The notes: generated by a model from the letters alone, not told the origin. A stretch of 53,468 bases of DNA from Gekko japonicus (GCF_001447785.1 NW_015171544.1:459980-513447); one strand, 5' to 3'. Shown: positions 1 through 10,880, counted from the first letter of the stretch. Program-made: numbers and translations.

Positions 1-1
1 G

Positions 2-121
2 CTGGAGCAGCTGAGGGCGATGGGCTTCCCCAGCCGAGAACGCAACCTGCAGGCGCTAATCGACACAGAAGGAGATATCAGTGCAGCCATTGAGAAACTA
101 ACCCATGCCGAAATCTCCTAA
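2..121 (+). CDS. 3' end of a ubiquilin gene (C-terminal UBA domain), UBQLN3/UBQLNL-like; 5' part outside window
   Basis: Frame 2 reads [39 protein letters not shown]-stop, matching the ubiquilin UBA consensus (QLEQLxxMGFxNRExNLQALIxTxGDxxAAIExL) with the MGF motif. It has no ATG in the window, so it is absent from the ORF track. Confidence 0.9.
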   Translation: MEQLRAMGFPSRERNLQALIDTEGDISAAIEKLTHAEIS

Positions 122-294
122 CCACAGAAGAGTTACCTTTGCCTCTTGTAGGGTCGCCAGACACACTAAAGTCAGCATGGTGGATATTAACGGTGGCGTG
201 TGCACGTGGCTCCTTTGCCGAGGCCAGGATCCTGGCTGCCAGAACAGCGGGGCTGGGGGGGCACGAGGCTCGTCCGTTCTCTTGCACTGCTCTG

Positions 295-494
295 CACTGT
301 TCCCTCTAAGCTGACTTAGTGTGAGCTAGCTCACAGTTTTTTAGCCTCTGGCTCACACATTTTTAGCTCAGGACACATGGCTCTAGAGCAAGCTAATTTA
401 TGCAGCAGGCAAATCGCTCGCTCACAACTTTAATGACAGTAGCTCACAAAGTAGAATTTTTGCTCACAAGACTCCACAGCTTAGAGGGAACATC
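295..494. mobile_element. About 200-bp MITE family with TIR cagtgttccctctaagct (other copies near 2362-2569, 15488-15693, 20135-20250 partial, 25374-25452 partial, 29906-30111, 40570-40953, 42209-42712, 52148-52356)
   Basis: Many dispersed copies with terminal inverted repeats gttccctctaagct / agcttagagggaac and internal tgtgagc repeats. Confidence 0.8.
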
Positions 495-822
495 AGTTGC
501 GCTTTGGGGGGGGGGACAGTTTCCTGGCTAGATTCCCCAGGGGCCTTAGAAACCGAGTGCCGGGAGGCCCCCACTTGACTGAAGCTCCCCACTCCACTCC
601 TTAGTTAGGGGCTGGAAGTCCTCCTCGAGCTCCTGTGCAGCACTGGAGGGATTGTTTTGCCCGGAGGACAGATGGTGCCTAATGATGTGGGCGGGGCCTT
701 GGGGGAGGTCTTCCAGCATCTGTCCTTCCAGCTGTGAGCCTGCTGCATTGGTCTTCAGGTTGCCAGCCTTCCGGTAGGCATACAAAATATATATATATAT
801 CACTGTGTACAATAAACATGCC

Positions 823-1166
823 AGGAGCTGCGGTGGCTCAAGGGGTTAAGACGCTGAACTGCAGGCTGTGGAAAGTCGGTAGTTCGGCAGTTCGAGACCC
901 GAGTGCGCCGCATGACGGAGTGAGCTCCCGTCTCTGGTTCCAGCTCCTGCCAACCTAGCAGTTCGAAAGCAAGACATTGCAAGTAGATAAATAGGTACCA
1001 CTTCGGTGGGAGGGTAACAGCGTTCCATGCGCCTCGGCATCTAGTAATGCTAGCCGCATGACCACGGAAACATCTTCGGACAGCACTGGCTCTTTGGTGA
1101 TGAGCACCACAACCCTAGAGTCAGATTCGACTGGCTTTTGAGCAAGGGAACCTTTACCCTTACCTT
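823..1166 (+). mobile_element. Sauria SINE (Squam1)
   Basis: tRNA-like head, body cagctcctgccaacctagcagttcgaaagc, ACCTTT tail; TSD tacaataaacat at 808-819 and 1167-1178. Confidence 0.9.
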
Positions 1167-1679
1167 TACAATAAACATATGTTTACAGTAAAACATTTTT
1201 ATGCTTTATTCTTTGTCTTTTTTGTATTTTTTCAATATTGTTGTCTAAATATTGGTATCAAATATTATCAAATATATATTTCACCCAAACAATACATCGA
1301 GTGCAGGTTTACATTCAGACAGCACCTTGTCAGTAATGCTATCGCTAGTCCCACGGGGAGTCTAGTAATTTACCCGTTTCGGATTAATCTTTTTCAAGGA
1401 CCGTGATGTTTATATAAAGGACATAAGGCGCCTTGAAAAAGATTCATTCGAAACGGGTAAATTACTAGAGTCCCCGCTGGACTAGCAAATAGTATTACTG
1501 ACAAAGTGCTGTCTGAATGTAAACCTGCACTCGATGTATCGTTTGGGTGAAACATTTTTCTCTATGTATTGTTTGGGTGAAATATTTGATACCAATATTT
1601 AGACAACAATATTGAAGAAATATGAAAAGAAAAAGAATAGAGGATAAAATTGTTTTGCTGTAAACACATGTTTATTGTA

Positions 1680-2029
1680 AAGGTAAAGGTTCCCTTGCTC
1701 GAAAGCCAGTCGAGTCCGACTCTAGGGTTGCGGTGCTCATCTCCATTTCAAAGCCGAAGAACCAGCGCTGTCCGAAGACGTTTCTGTGGTCATGTGGCCG
1801 GCATGACTAAACGCCGAGGCACACGGAACGCTGTTACCTTCCCACCGAAGTGGGATCTATTGATCTCCTTGCAATTTCTTGCTTTCGAACTGCTAGGTTG
1901 GCAGGAGCTGGAACTAGAGATGGGAGCTCACTCCGTCACGCAGCACACTCGGGTCTCGAACTGCTGAACTACTGACCTTCCACAGCCTGCAGTTCAGCGT
2001 CTTAACCACTTGAGCCACCGCAGCTCCTT
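1680..2029 (-). mobile_element. Sauria SINE (Squam1)
   Basis: Reverse-complement copy with AAAGGT tail; TSD tgtttattgta at 1669-1679 and 2030-2040. Confidence 0.9.
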
Positions 2030-3191
2030 TGTTTATTGTACACAGTGATATATATATATTTGTATGTCTTCCTAACACTGTGACCCTCAGGTTTTGTATT
2101 AACCTCCAGGTGGGGCCTGAAGATTCCCTGGAACTAGACCTAATCTCCCTGACGACAGAGACCAGTTTCTCTGCAGAAAACGACAGGGTCGGTGGGGGGT
2201 GGTGAACTCGATGGCCTGCCCAGAACCTGCCCAGAACCCTCCTCAGCCTCCACCCCCTAGATCTCCAAGAATTGCCCATCATGGAGTTGGCAACCCTATC
2301 TTTTTTCCTCCTCTGGAGCTTTGGAGGTGCAGCCTTTGGGTCCACATTATCAGGTTGCCAGCAATGTTCCTTCTAAGGTGTGGAGTCCGGTGAGCAAAAG
2401 TTCTACTTTGTGAACTCCTGGCGTGAAAGTTGTGAGCCAGCGATTGGGCTCCTGCATCAATCAGTTTGCTCTGGAGCCCCATCCTTCCTGAGCTAAGACA
2501 ATAACCTGTGAGCTGGAGGCTAAAGAATTGTGAGCTAGCTCACACTCACTCGGTTTAGAGGGAACACTGGTTGCCAGCCTCCAAGTACGACCTGGAGATC
2601 TCCTGGGATTTCAACCGATCTCTACAGGAAAGAGATCGGCTCAGTTTGCCTGGAGAAAATGGCTGCTTTGGAGGGTGGAGTCCGTTGGGGTCAGGAAGCG
2701 GTTGTTCTTCAGACCAGCCTGGCCAGGGATCCTGGAGCCCCCCCCTCTTCTGGGCGTGGAGCAGGGGTCACTGGGGGTGTGTAAGGGGGGGCGGTGTTTG
2801 TGAACTCCTTGCAGTGTGCAAGTGGGCTGGACTAGATGACCCTCCCAGCTCCATGATTCTATGCCAGTATACTTGGCTGAGGTCCCTCCCCTCCCCCAAC
2901 CCTCTACTCCCAAATCTCCAGGAATTTCCCCAACCCAGAGCCAACAACCAAGGGACTGTAGCGGCGGGGGGACTTGAGGGGTGTGAGGTCTCCCTCCCTC
3001 CGCTTCGTTTCAAAGGGGTAGGTTTTAATCGAGTTGAATCGGGGAGGGGCTCAGGGCCCCCCTCCACTTGGGAATCCCTCCCTCACCTTTTCTGAGGCCT
3101 GCATTTCGTCTCCCCCCCACCCCAGCTGCTGCTCCTTCCTCTGCAGGTGCCTTTTTGGTCCTGAGCTTCATCTCTAGTTGGGGTGCTTGCC

Positions 3192-3608
3192 CAGGGGTCA
3201 TTTCCTGCAGGAGCGCACAGGAGCGGAGCTCCGGCAGTAAAGAGCCCAGGGGGTGGGCACATGCAGCAAGCCCCGCCCCCTGCTCCCAGCAGCCCTCAGT
3301 CAGAGCAAGAAGCAGCCAGGTAAGCTTCAGAGCCCCCCCCCCGGCCCCCTGGTCCAAAACAGTCCAGTGGCACCTTTAAGACCAAGTTTTATTCAGGTAC
3401 AAGCTCTCCCTCCTCTGTGAGGACAGATCTGCACGTCCCCCCCCCCCCATAGCTAGCAATCCAAAACAGTCCAGTGGGGCCTGAGCAGTGGGTGTTGCCT
3501 TCTGACACACTTCCGGTGATGTCAGGGGGTGTGGCATATGCAAATAAGTTATGCAAATGAGTTATGCTAATGAGCTCCTGCACCTCTTTTTCTACTAAAT
3601 GACCCCTG
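3192..3608 (+). mobile_element. hAT-type MITE (TIR caggggtcattt), 8-bp TSD
   Basis: TSD tgcttgcc at 3184-3191 and 3609-3616. Confidence 0.88.
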
Positions 3609-3734
3609 TGCTTGCCGATGGCTGGATGCTCAGGATCAGACCTCAAAACACGTCCTTTGCTTGTTCACACTGGTTTGCTCACGTTCCCTGCAGTGACACG
3701 GTTGGGATTGCCAACTCCAAGCTGGGACTCTAGA

Positions 3735-3950
3735 GGGGAGGGGCTGTGGCTGAGGTGCAGAACATCTGCCTCGCATGCAGAAGGCCCCAAGTTCAATCCC
3801 CAGCAGCATCTCCAGGTAAAAGGACCAAGCTGTAGGGGATGGGAAAGACCTCTCTGCCCGAGACCCTGGAGAGCGGCTGCCAGTCTGAGTAGACAAGGCT
3901 GATCTTGATGGGCTGAGGGTCTGATTCAGTATAAGGTAGCTTCATGTATG
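3735..3950 (+). mobile_element. tRNA-derived SINE, Squam3-like (other copies near 10035-10230 -, 11015-11190 -, 18120-18330 -, 18345-18545 -, 24140-24310 +, 24485-24665 +, 43485-43680 -, 44935-45000 +, 48240-48445 +)
   Basis: A/B-box tRNA-like head (tggctcagtgg...ggttcaatccc) followed by ctgagaccctggagagcggctgccagtctgagtagaca. Confidence 0.75.
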
Positions 3951-4009
3951 CTCAGCTTCTCTCACCTTGAAAACCCTATCAGGTTGCAACGACATGGCTG
4001 CAAGTTGAA

Positions 4010-5052
4010 ACGAAGAACGTAAGAACTTAAGAGAAGCTAGTGCTGGATCAGGCCAGTGGCCCATCCAGTCAAACACTCTGTGTCACACAGTGGCCGAAAA
4101 TACCAGGGGCCCTCAGGAGGTCCAGCAGTGGGGCCAGGAGGGCACCAGGAGCCCTCCCACTGTTGACCCCACCCCCAAGCACCAAGAAGACAGAGCATCC
4201 CTTGCCCCAGACATAAGGACATGAGAGAAGCCAGTGTCGGATCAGGCCAGTGGCCCATCCAGTCCAACCCTCTGTGTCACACAGTGGCTGAAAATACCAG
4301 GTGCCCTCAGGAGGTCCACCAGTGGGGCCAGGAGGGCACCAGGAGCCCTCCCACTATTGCCCCCCTCCCCTAAGCACCAACAAAACAGAGCGTGTTGCCT
4401 AGGGCTGCCAAATGGAGGCGGGGGCGGGGAAAACCCCACTTTGGAGGCCCGATTTCGCCGCGGCAGAATAGGGCCCCGGGGGGGACTCCGCCCCCCGAAG
4501 CTGCGTCACCAGAGGTGATGCATGACGTAGAGCACATTGGGGGCGTGGCCCAGATCGTGGGGGGGGGGAACCCGCGGCAGCTCCTGAACCGAGGCAACCC
4601 TCCCCCGCCGGTGAGTCAGAACGACTTGGCAACCCTACTGTTGCCCCCACCCCCAGGCACCAAGAAGACAGCGCATCCCTTGCCCCAGACATAAGAGAAG
4701 CCAAAGCTGGATCAGGCCAGTGGCCCATCCAGTCCAACACTCTGTGTCACACAGTGGCCAAAAATACCAGGTGCCATCAGGAGGTCCAGCAGTGGGGCCA
4801 GGACATTAGAAGCCCTCCCACTGTTGCCCCCCCCAAGCACCAAGAAGACAGAGCATCACTTGCCCCAGAGCCCCTATCTATACCTTGTGGCTAATAGCTA
4901 CTGATGGACACTCTGTCTGTCACACAGGGGCCAAAAATACCAGGTGCCCTCAGGAGGTCCAGCAGCGGGGCCAGGAGGACATTAGAAGCCCTCACACTGT
5001 TGACACACACACCCTGCAGGCCCCAAGAAGACAGGGCATCCCTTGCCCCAGA
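4010..5052 (-). repeat. Tandem array of about 4 CR1 3'-tail units (about 180-220 bp), one interrupted by a tagggctgcca...tggcaacccta MITE (about 4399-4637)
   Basis: Repeated ataagaac/agagaagcc...ggatcaggccagtggcccatccagtccaacactctgtgtcacacagtggcc. The same sequence lies downstream of CR1 RT coding sequence across the gap at 46917-47075 and ends in (TTCTTATG)n on the sense strand. Confidence 0.82.
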
Positions 5053-5139
5053 CTGAGGCAACTTGATGGCACGTTCCACCCCCACAGATATAGAGGGACA
5101 TGTGCCCGGTTTGGTTTTCTCTGGGGACAAAACACATCG

Positions 5140-5850
5140 TTATCAAATCTGCAGATGACACAAAGCTGGGTGGGATGGCTCATTCTGAAGAAGACAGAGT
5201 CAGGATTCAAAATGATCTAGATAGGCTGGAACGGTGGGCTGAGACCAATAAAATGAATTTCAATAGAGAGAAGTGCAAAGTCCTGCACTTAGGTGCAAAA
5301 AATCAAAGGCACAGATATAGAATGGGAGGGACTTGGCTTGACAGCAGCACCTGTGAAAAGGATCTGGGTGCTCCGGTTGATCACAAGCTAAACATGAGCC
5401 TGCAGTGCGATGTGGCTGTGAAGAAAGCTAATGCGATCTTAGGATGCATGAACAGCAGCATCGTGTCCAGATCACAGGAGGTGGTAGTTCCGCTCTATCC
5501 TGCTATGGTCAGGCCTCACCTGGAGTCCCGTGTCCAGTTTTGGGCACCACATTTGAGGAAGGATGTTGACAAGCTCGAGCGTGTCCAGAAGAGGGCAACC
5601 AGGATGGTGAGAGGTTGGAGTCCAAGTCTTACGAGGAAAGGCTGAAAGAGTTGGGTCTGCTTAGCCTGGGAAAGAGAAGGCTTAGAGGGGGCATGATTGC
5701 AGTCTTCAAGTATCTGAAAGGCTGTCATGTAGAAGATGGAGCAGATCTATTCTCTCTTGCTCTGGATTGCAAGACTAGGTCTAGTGGGTGGGGATGACAA
5801 GGGAGTCGTTACCTGCTATATACCAGGAGAAACTTCCTAACTGTAAGAGT
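5140..5850 (+). mobile_element. CR1 LINE ORF2 (RT C-terminal) fragment, frameshifted
   Basis: IKSADDTKLGG...IQNDLDRLERWAETNKMNFNREKCKVLHLG...VRPHLE..VQFWAPH. Confidence 0.92.
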
Positions 5851-6820
5851 GGAAGCGAAAAGCGGTGGGAGATATCCATGAGTATTTAAGCAACTAAACA
5901 GCATGTAAGCAATTTTCAGAGCCGGGGAGAAAACGATTTTATATTGGAATTAAAGTGTAAAAATGGCGGACACTCCAAAAAAGTCAGCAAAAACAACTCC
6001 GAGAAGAAGGGAAGTTATAGAACTCATAGCAGAAGCCATCAAGCCAATTCTTGAGCAACTTGTTGGTATTAACCATCAGTTTGCCAAGATAAATCAACAA
6101 CTCGTGTCTCGGCAGCTGCATTTGGCAACAATAGAAGAAAAGATGGAACAGAGGGCTGTCAAAGCAAAAGAGATGGACACTAAAACTAATAGCGATTTCA
6201 AAGAGACAAGGAGGGAAAGCATGAGAGAAACAGAAAAGATTTACAAGGACTTAACTCCTTCCCGGCAGATGTTTTTAGAAAGTGTTGTCTTAAATTCGGT
6301 TGATAGAAAAGAGCTTGAACCTGACCTCAAGATCAAGAAGCCTGTGAGATGCCACTGGGCCCCGAGGATGAGACCAAGAAGGAAGAGGCTTAAGATTGGC
6401 GGTGTTATCCCTTTGGAGACGGAGGAGGGTTGCAGAATTTCAAGTGAACGTCTAAAAAGCCATTAAGACTTTAGAGAGAATTAGCATAGATGTAAAGGCG
6501 GAAGGACTCTGAAAATTGCCCTTATGAAGAGAGCTAGAGGAGATGCTCTGGAAATCTTCTCATAACAAGTAATAAACTAACACATAAGCTTAGAAAGACA
6601 GGATCTCACAAAGTATATTGTTTATTAACAGGGTTTTTTCCCCATTACTAACTGCAGTCTAACAGGGTAATGATCTCCTACTCTTGGGTTTTTAGTTTGG
6701 TGTGGGTTACTTTCCTTTCTCCTTAGTTGTAGTTCCCCTTCCCTTTTTTCTTTTCTTTGTAGTTTATGTAGTATTATAAAAAATTAAAAAATCCCCTCCG
6801 GGGGTCTTTAAAAAAAAAAG
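5851..6820 (+). mobile_element. Poly(A)-tailed element with a single 167-aa coiled-coil ORF (5963-6466); L1 ORF1-like/non-autonomous
   Basis: A-rich ORF with heptad-like N-terminal half, T-rich 3' region, A-run near 6810; replaces the CR1 3' end. Confidence 0.45.
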
Positions 6821-7148
6821 AATGCCTTCCTGGACAATTCTGGTTTGCACATTCTGTGGGATGGCATAGCTACGTGGGAGCCCTCCTGATGTCCTTAGGC
6901 AGGCTGTGCCACAATTTGGGGGGCCCCACAGAGAAGGCGGTGAGCAGGCAGTGGCTCATCTTGCCCATCTGGAGGGAGGAGGAACCTTCAAAAGGCTTTG
7001 CCCAGGGAGGGGAAGTTGTCCTGGCAGAGCATAGCAGGAGAGCCGGTCCTGCGGGGGATGTGGGTCCCGGGACAGATGTGAAGGGCTCTGTAAGTAACCA
7101 GCAGGACCTCTCCTTGCTGCTGTTGGGGATCGGCCACCCAGTGCAGTA

Positions 7149-8093
7149 TCAGAAGCGCTTCCCCAAGAACAGGCGTGTGATCCCTTCCCGAATCAGCTTC
7201 GTTTTCACCCCGTAGATGATGGGGTTCAGCATGGGGGGGACGATCACGTAGAGGTTGGCCAGCAGGATGTGGACGTGGCGGGGGATCTGGTGACCAAACC
7301 GGTGGGTAATGAAGGAGAAGAAAGCAGGGGTGTAGAACATCAGTATGACACAGATGTGAGACCCACAGGTGTCCAGGGCCTTGTGGCGGGCTTCTTTGGT
7401 CGGGAGCCGGAAGATGGCACGGACGATCAGCACGTAGGACGCACAGATGAGCATGGAGTCGATCCCCAGAGTGGACATAGCAGCGGTCAAGCCATACACC
7501 ACATTGACAGTGATGTCGGCGCAGGCCAGGCGCGCCACCCCCATGTGCTCGCAATAGGTGTGCGGGATGACCTGGCGTCCGCAGTAGGGCAGCCTGCGCA
7601 GGAGGAAAACCAGGGTCACCACGGCCGAGAAAGCCCGCAGGAAAGACGCCAGCCCTACCCTCCGGATCACCGCGTGCGTCAAGATGGCCGCGTGCCTCAG
7701 GGGGTGGCAGATGGCCACGTAGCGGTCAAAGGCCATAGCCAGCAGAATGGCAGACTCCATGGCGGAGACGAAGTGGATGAAAAACACCTGGGCAAGGCAG
7801 GCCCCGAAGGAAATGGCCCGGGAGTGGAACCAGAAGATGCCGAGGGCCTTGGGGACCGTGGTGCAGGACAACACCACGTCGGTGGTCGCGAGCATGGCGA
7901 GGAAGACGTACATCGGCTGGTGGAGGGCGGGCTCCAGGGCGATGGCCACCGTTAGCACCAGGTTGCCCAGCAATGCCACAGCGTACATGAGGCACAAGGG
8001 GATAGCGAACCAGAGGTGGAACTCCTCCAGGCCCGGGATGCCGATGAGGAAGAACCACTGGGGAACCAGGCTGCTGTGGTTGGCAGCGGGCAT
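7149..8093 (-). CDS. Class I olfactory receptor, OR52-type, 314 aa (MPAANHSS...), intact
   Basis: Motifs LHQPMYVFL, MAFDRYVAICHPLRH, HTYCEHMGVARLAC, KALDTCGSH, HRFG, PPMLNPIIYGVKTK and an N-glycosylation site NHS. A pyrimidine tract and AG acceptor (tctcttttccaccag, AG at 8142-8141) lie just upstream, so the longer ORF-track start is probably intronic. Confidence 0.95.
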   Translation of the reverse strand: MPAANHSSLVPQWFFLIGIPGLEEFHLWFAIPLCLMYAVALLGNLVLTVAIALEPALHQPMYVFLAMLATTDVVLSCTTVPKALGIFWFHSRAISFGACLAQVFFIHFVSAMESAILLAMAFDRYVAICHPLRHAAILTHAVIRRVGLASFLRAFSAVVTLVFLLRRLPYCGRQVIPHTYCEHMGVARLACADITVNVVYGLTAAMSTLGIDSMLICASYVLIVRAIFRLPTKEARHKALDTCGSHICVILMFYTPAFFSFITHRFGHQIPRHVHILLANLYVIVPPMLNPIIYGVKTKLIREGITRLFLGKRF

Positions 8094-8419
8094 GATGGGG
8101 TGAGGCGGTACCAGATGTTCGTTTGAGGCTGTCCCTCCTTCTGGTGGAAAAGAGACCAAAGATAGGGTCACCTTCTGCACCGCAAGCGAGGAGCTCCCTT
8201 CCTGTGCCAAGCACCAAAAAAAAAAATAGAACCCGAACTTTGCTTGGGAGCGGCTTCGACCTTCTGCTTCCCAGAACTCGAGAAATGGTGGGCTATTTTA
8301 AGTCACTCTTCCCGCCTGCCTTTTGCACGACACGGTGGGGTTTCTTGCTGAACTCTGAGTGGCGAGTCCATCAGGCTGGGAGGATTGTACCTTTAAAGCA
8401 AATGCATAATGGGTTCATT

Positions 8420-8900
8420 TATTTTATTTTATTTATAAATTCAATTTATAGCCCACCCTCCCCGCAGCGTGGGCTCAGGGTGGCTCACAAGTAGGCGTAA
8501 GCCAACCCATAAAACAAGTTAAAACCATATAAAATCATTTCTACAACGTTACAACAAATTAAGTGCTCTAGATGTTCCAGACTGATCTTCCATAAAGATG
8601 ACGTCACAAAGATGGTACATCCAATCAGTGCTATCAGTTCCACGTGACACTGTCGTTCTCTCTTCCCAGGGCCAGATGGGAATGGTGGTAACATAACGAT
8701 GGTACAGTCATGGCGGCTCCTACTTGAAAGCCTGGTGGAAGAGCTCCGTCTTGCAGGCCCTGCGGAACTGCACAAGGTCCCGCAGGGCCCGGATCTCCTC
8801 CGGGAGCTCGTTTCACCAGGTAGGAGCCGCCACCGAAAAGTTTGTATTCCATGACAGTCTGTCATCCCTTTCCTTAAAAAGATGGAGGGGGATCACAATG
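8420..8900 (-). mobile_element. L2-like LINE 3' fragment
   Basis: (TTTA)n tail and gggctcagggtggctcacaa end; minus strand resembles degenerate L2 ORF2 C-terminus. Confidence 0.55.
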
Positions 8901-9656
8901 AATACCAATGCAACAGCTTTATAACTGAGAGCAGAGATGAAAAATGCTAGGATAGACCATGAAAACATTCACGAATTTCACGTTACCATCAGACAGTTGT
9001 CTATTGCAACATAATCACAGTAAAACAATAAACAGAGTAGAAGCAGTGGTCACAATTCCAAAACTCTAGTAACAATTCAAAGAATTCAAGGAAACCTGGG
9101 CTTGAAGCTGTAGCAAGTTGACGTTTTGGACGTTAATGTGTTCACCATAAGTTAAATGTCCCTACATGAATAGATTATGCAAGATGGGCTTCTGTTTTTG
9201 TAAGTAAAATTTCTTTCTCTTGTTACCATTGGGCTCAGACCGTCTTTGTAATTGGTTTGCACAGCATTTTTCCCTTCACCAGGAAACGTGGAGAATCAGG
9301 GGTTCTGCGAAAAAATGCTTCTGTGCTTCCAAGGAAAATTATACTTTTAACATTTAACCCAACAGAATGTAGCCGAGTCCTGGTCTGTCCTTGACTGGTT
9401 ACTAGCTGGGCATGCGGGGGCACCGGAGCTGCGAGGGGAGTGGCCTGGGGAGGCATTGTTGGTACACTAATGGGCCACAGGCAGTGTAGGCCTGCATTAG
9501 ACAAAGCCCAGTTCCATTGTGAACCAGTTTAGATTCGTCTATTAGTGGTGCAAGTGAAGGGCACGTCAGCCTCTCTTTGCCCCCAAGCACACTAAGACAC
9601 CAGAGGGTGCAACAGATCTAGTAAGATGGACAGATCACGTTCCTCTTCATTCTTCC

Positions 9657-9933
9657 TGTTATGTACGTGGACCGTCACTAGGGGTCCGCGGCACAGGCAG
9701 GAGCTTGGCTCCCTTGAACAATAGGAACATAGGATCCTAGTTCCCCCAGCCCCAACCAATAGCCACTTTGGCGGGAAATTCAAACCCTCCAATGGACTAG
9801 AGCTGTGCTGGGTGGGTGTGTATATAGTTGGCCTTGCAGGGCCATTTTAGTTAGTCTGATGTTAAGTACAATAAACGTGTGCAAACGCATGTCGTCATCC
9901 GAGTCCTCCATGCGGCAAACCCAGTAGTTTTCA
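9657..9933 (+). mobile_element. Solo LTR, 277 bp
   Basis: TG...CA ends, 5-bp TSD cttcc (9652-9656 / 9934-9938), two CCAAT boxes, TATATA, AATAAA. Confidence 0.82.
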
Positions 9934-10629
9934 CTTCCCCTCTTCTGTTCCTTTGCTGTCTCTTTGTTTACCCAGATTGCTACACTCAGGAGTTTCCTTC
10001 CATCCCTCTGCCTTGCATGAACACACAATAAGCAGTTTCTACTGAATCAGACGCCTGGCCCAGCAAGGTCAGGTCTGTCTACTCAGACTGTTCGTGAGCC
10101 GACTCTCCAGATTCTAAGGCAGAGGTCTTTCCCGTCACCTCCAACCTGGTCCTTTCAGCCGGCAATGCTGGGGATTGAACCTGGGACCTCCTGCATGCAA
10201 AGCAGAGGCTCTGCCACTGAACCAGACCCCCTCCCAGCCGCCTCCTCCTCTTCCAGTCTCTCTTTCTCGCTCCTCCAGCCTCCATGAGAGCAAGATCTGC
10301 TCTCAGCATCTCTCCATGCTTTTGGCAGAAAACTCAGCCTATTCTGCCTTCCCCGTTTCAGTGTGGATTGCTTTAACAACAAAGGAGATCCATTTCTACT
10401 CTGTCACAACAAGCCATGGTGCGTGGATTTTGTTCCTAAGGCAGCCTCTGCCTTCTCGCGGTCCAAAACCCACTCGGGTCAACAGTGAGAAGAAAATTCA
10501 TGCAGAATCAGGCCAATTGAAGTGCCTTCCCTTGAAATGCTGGCATGAGTAGGTTTCTGGAGTCAGGAAAGGAGAGCAGGTCTCCAGGAGAGTAATGAAC
10601 TCAAAACCATGTGGAGGCAGTAGATGCGG

Positions 10630-10880
10630 GGGACCACGTTCAGTGTATGGTCTACTAAGACCCCCCTAGACCCTTTTCGCACATACGACTGCCAAGACAA
10701 GTCTCTCCCATCCTATAATGATGCATTTGATTTTTCCTACCTAAATGCAGAAGTTTATATTTATCCCCGTTAAAATTCATTTTGTTTGTTCTAGCCCAGT
10801 TTTCCAGCCTGTCAAGTTCATCCTGTATCCTGACTCTGTCTTCTACTGTATTCGCTACCCCTCCCAATTTACTATTTCCC
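10630..10880 (-). mobile_element. CR1 RT fragment
   Basis: KLGGVANTVEDRVRIQDELDRLENWARTNKMNFN. Confidence 0.85.

Larger units (their letters stand above)
773..2072. mobile_element. About 1.3-kb fold-back (palindromic MITE-like) element with a Sauria SINE in each arm
   Basis: Arms are reverse complements around a centre near 1413 (e.g. ctagtaatttacccgtttc / gaaacgggtaaattactag; cactgtgtacaataaaca / tgtttattgtacacagtg). Confidence 0.85.

Noticed and set aside
4010-5052. CRISPR-like or tandem ncRNA array
   Set aside because: Eukaryotic DNA; units are long CR1 3' ends without unique spacers.
7269-7955. Long antisense and alternative-frame ORFs over the OR genes (e.g. 228 aa +, 236 aa at 22599-23309, 172 aa at 49768-50286)
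   Set aside because: Shadow ORFs expected from GC-rich codon usage; no independent domain signal.
8094-8210. N-terminal extensions of OR ORFs in the track (also 37815-37850 and 50178-50195)
   Set aside because: They cross splice acceptors and are likely intronic.
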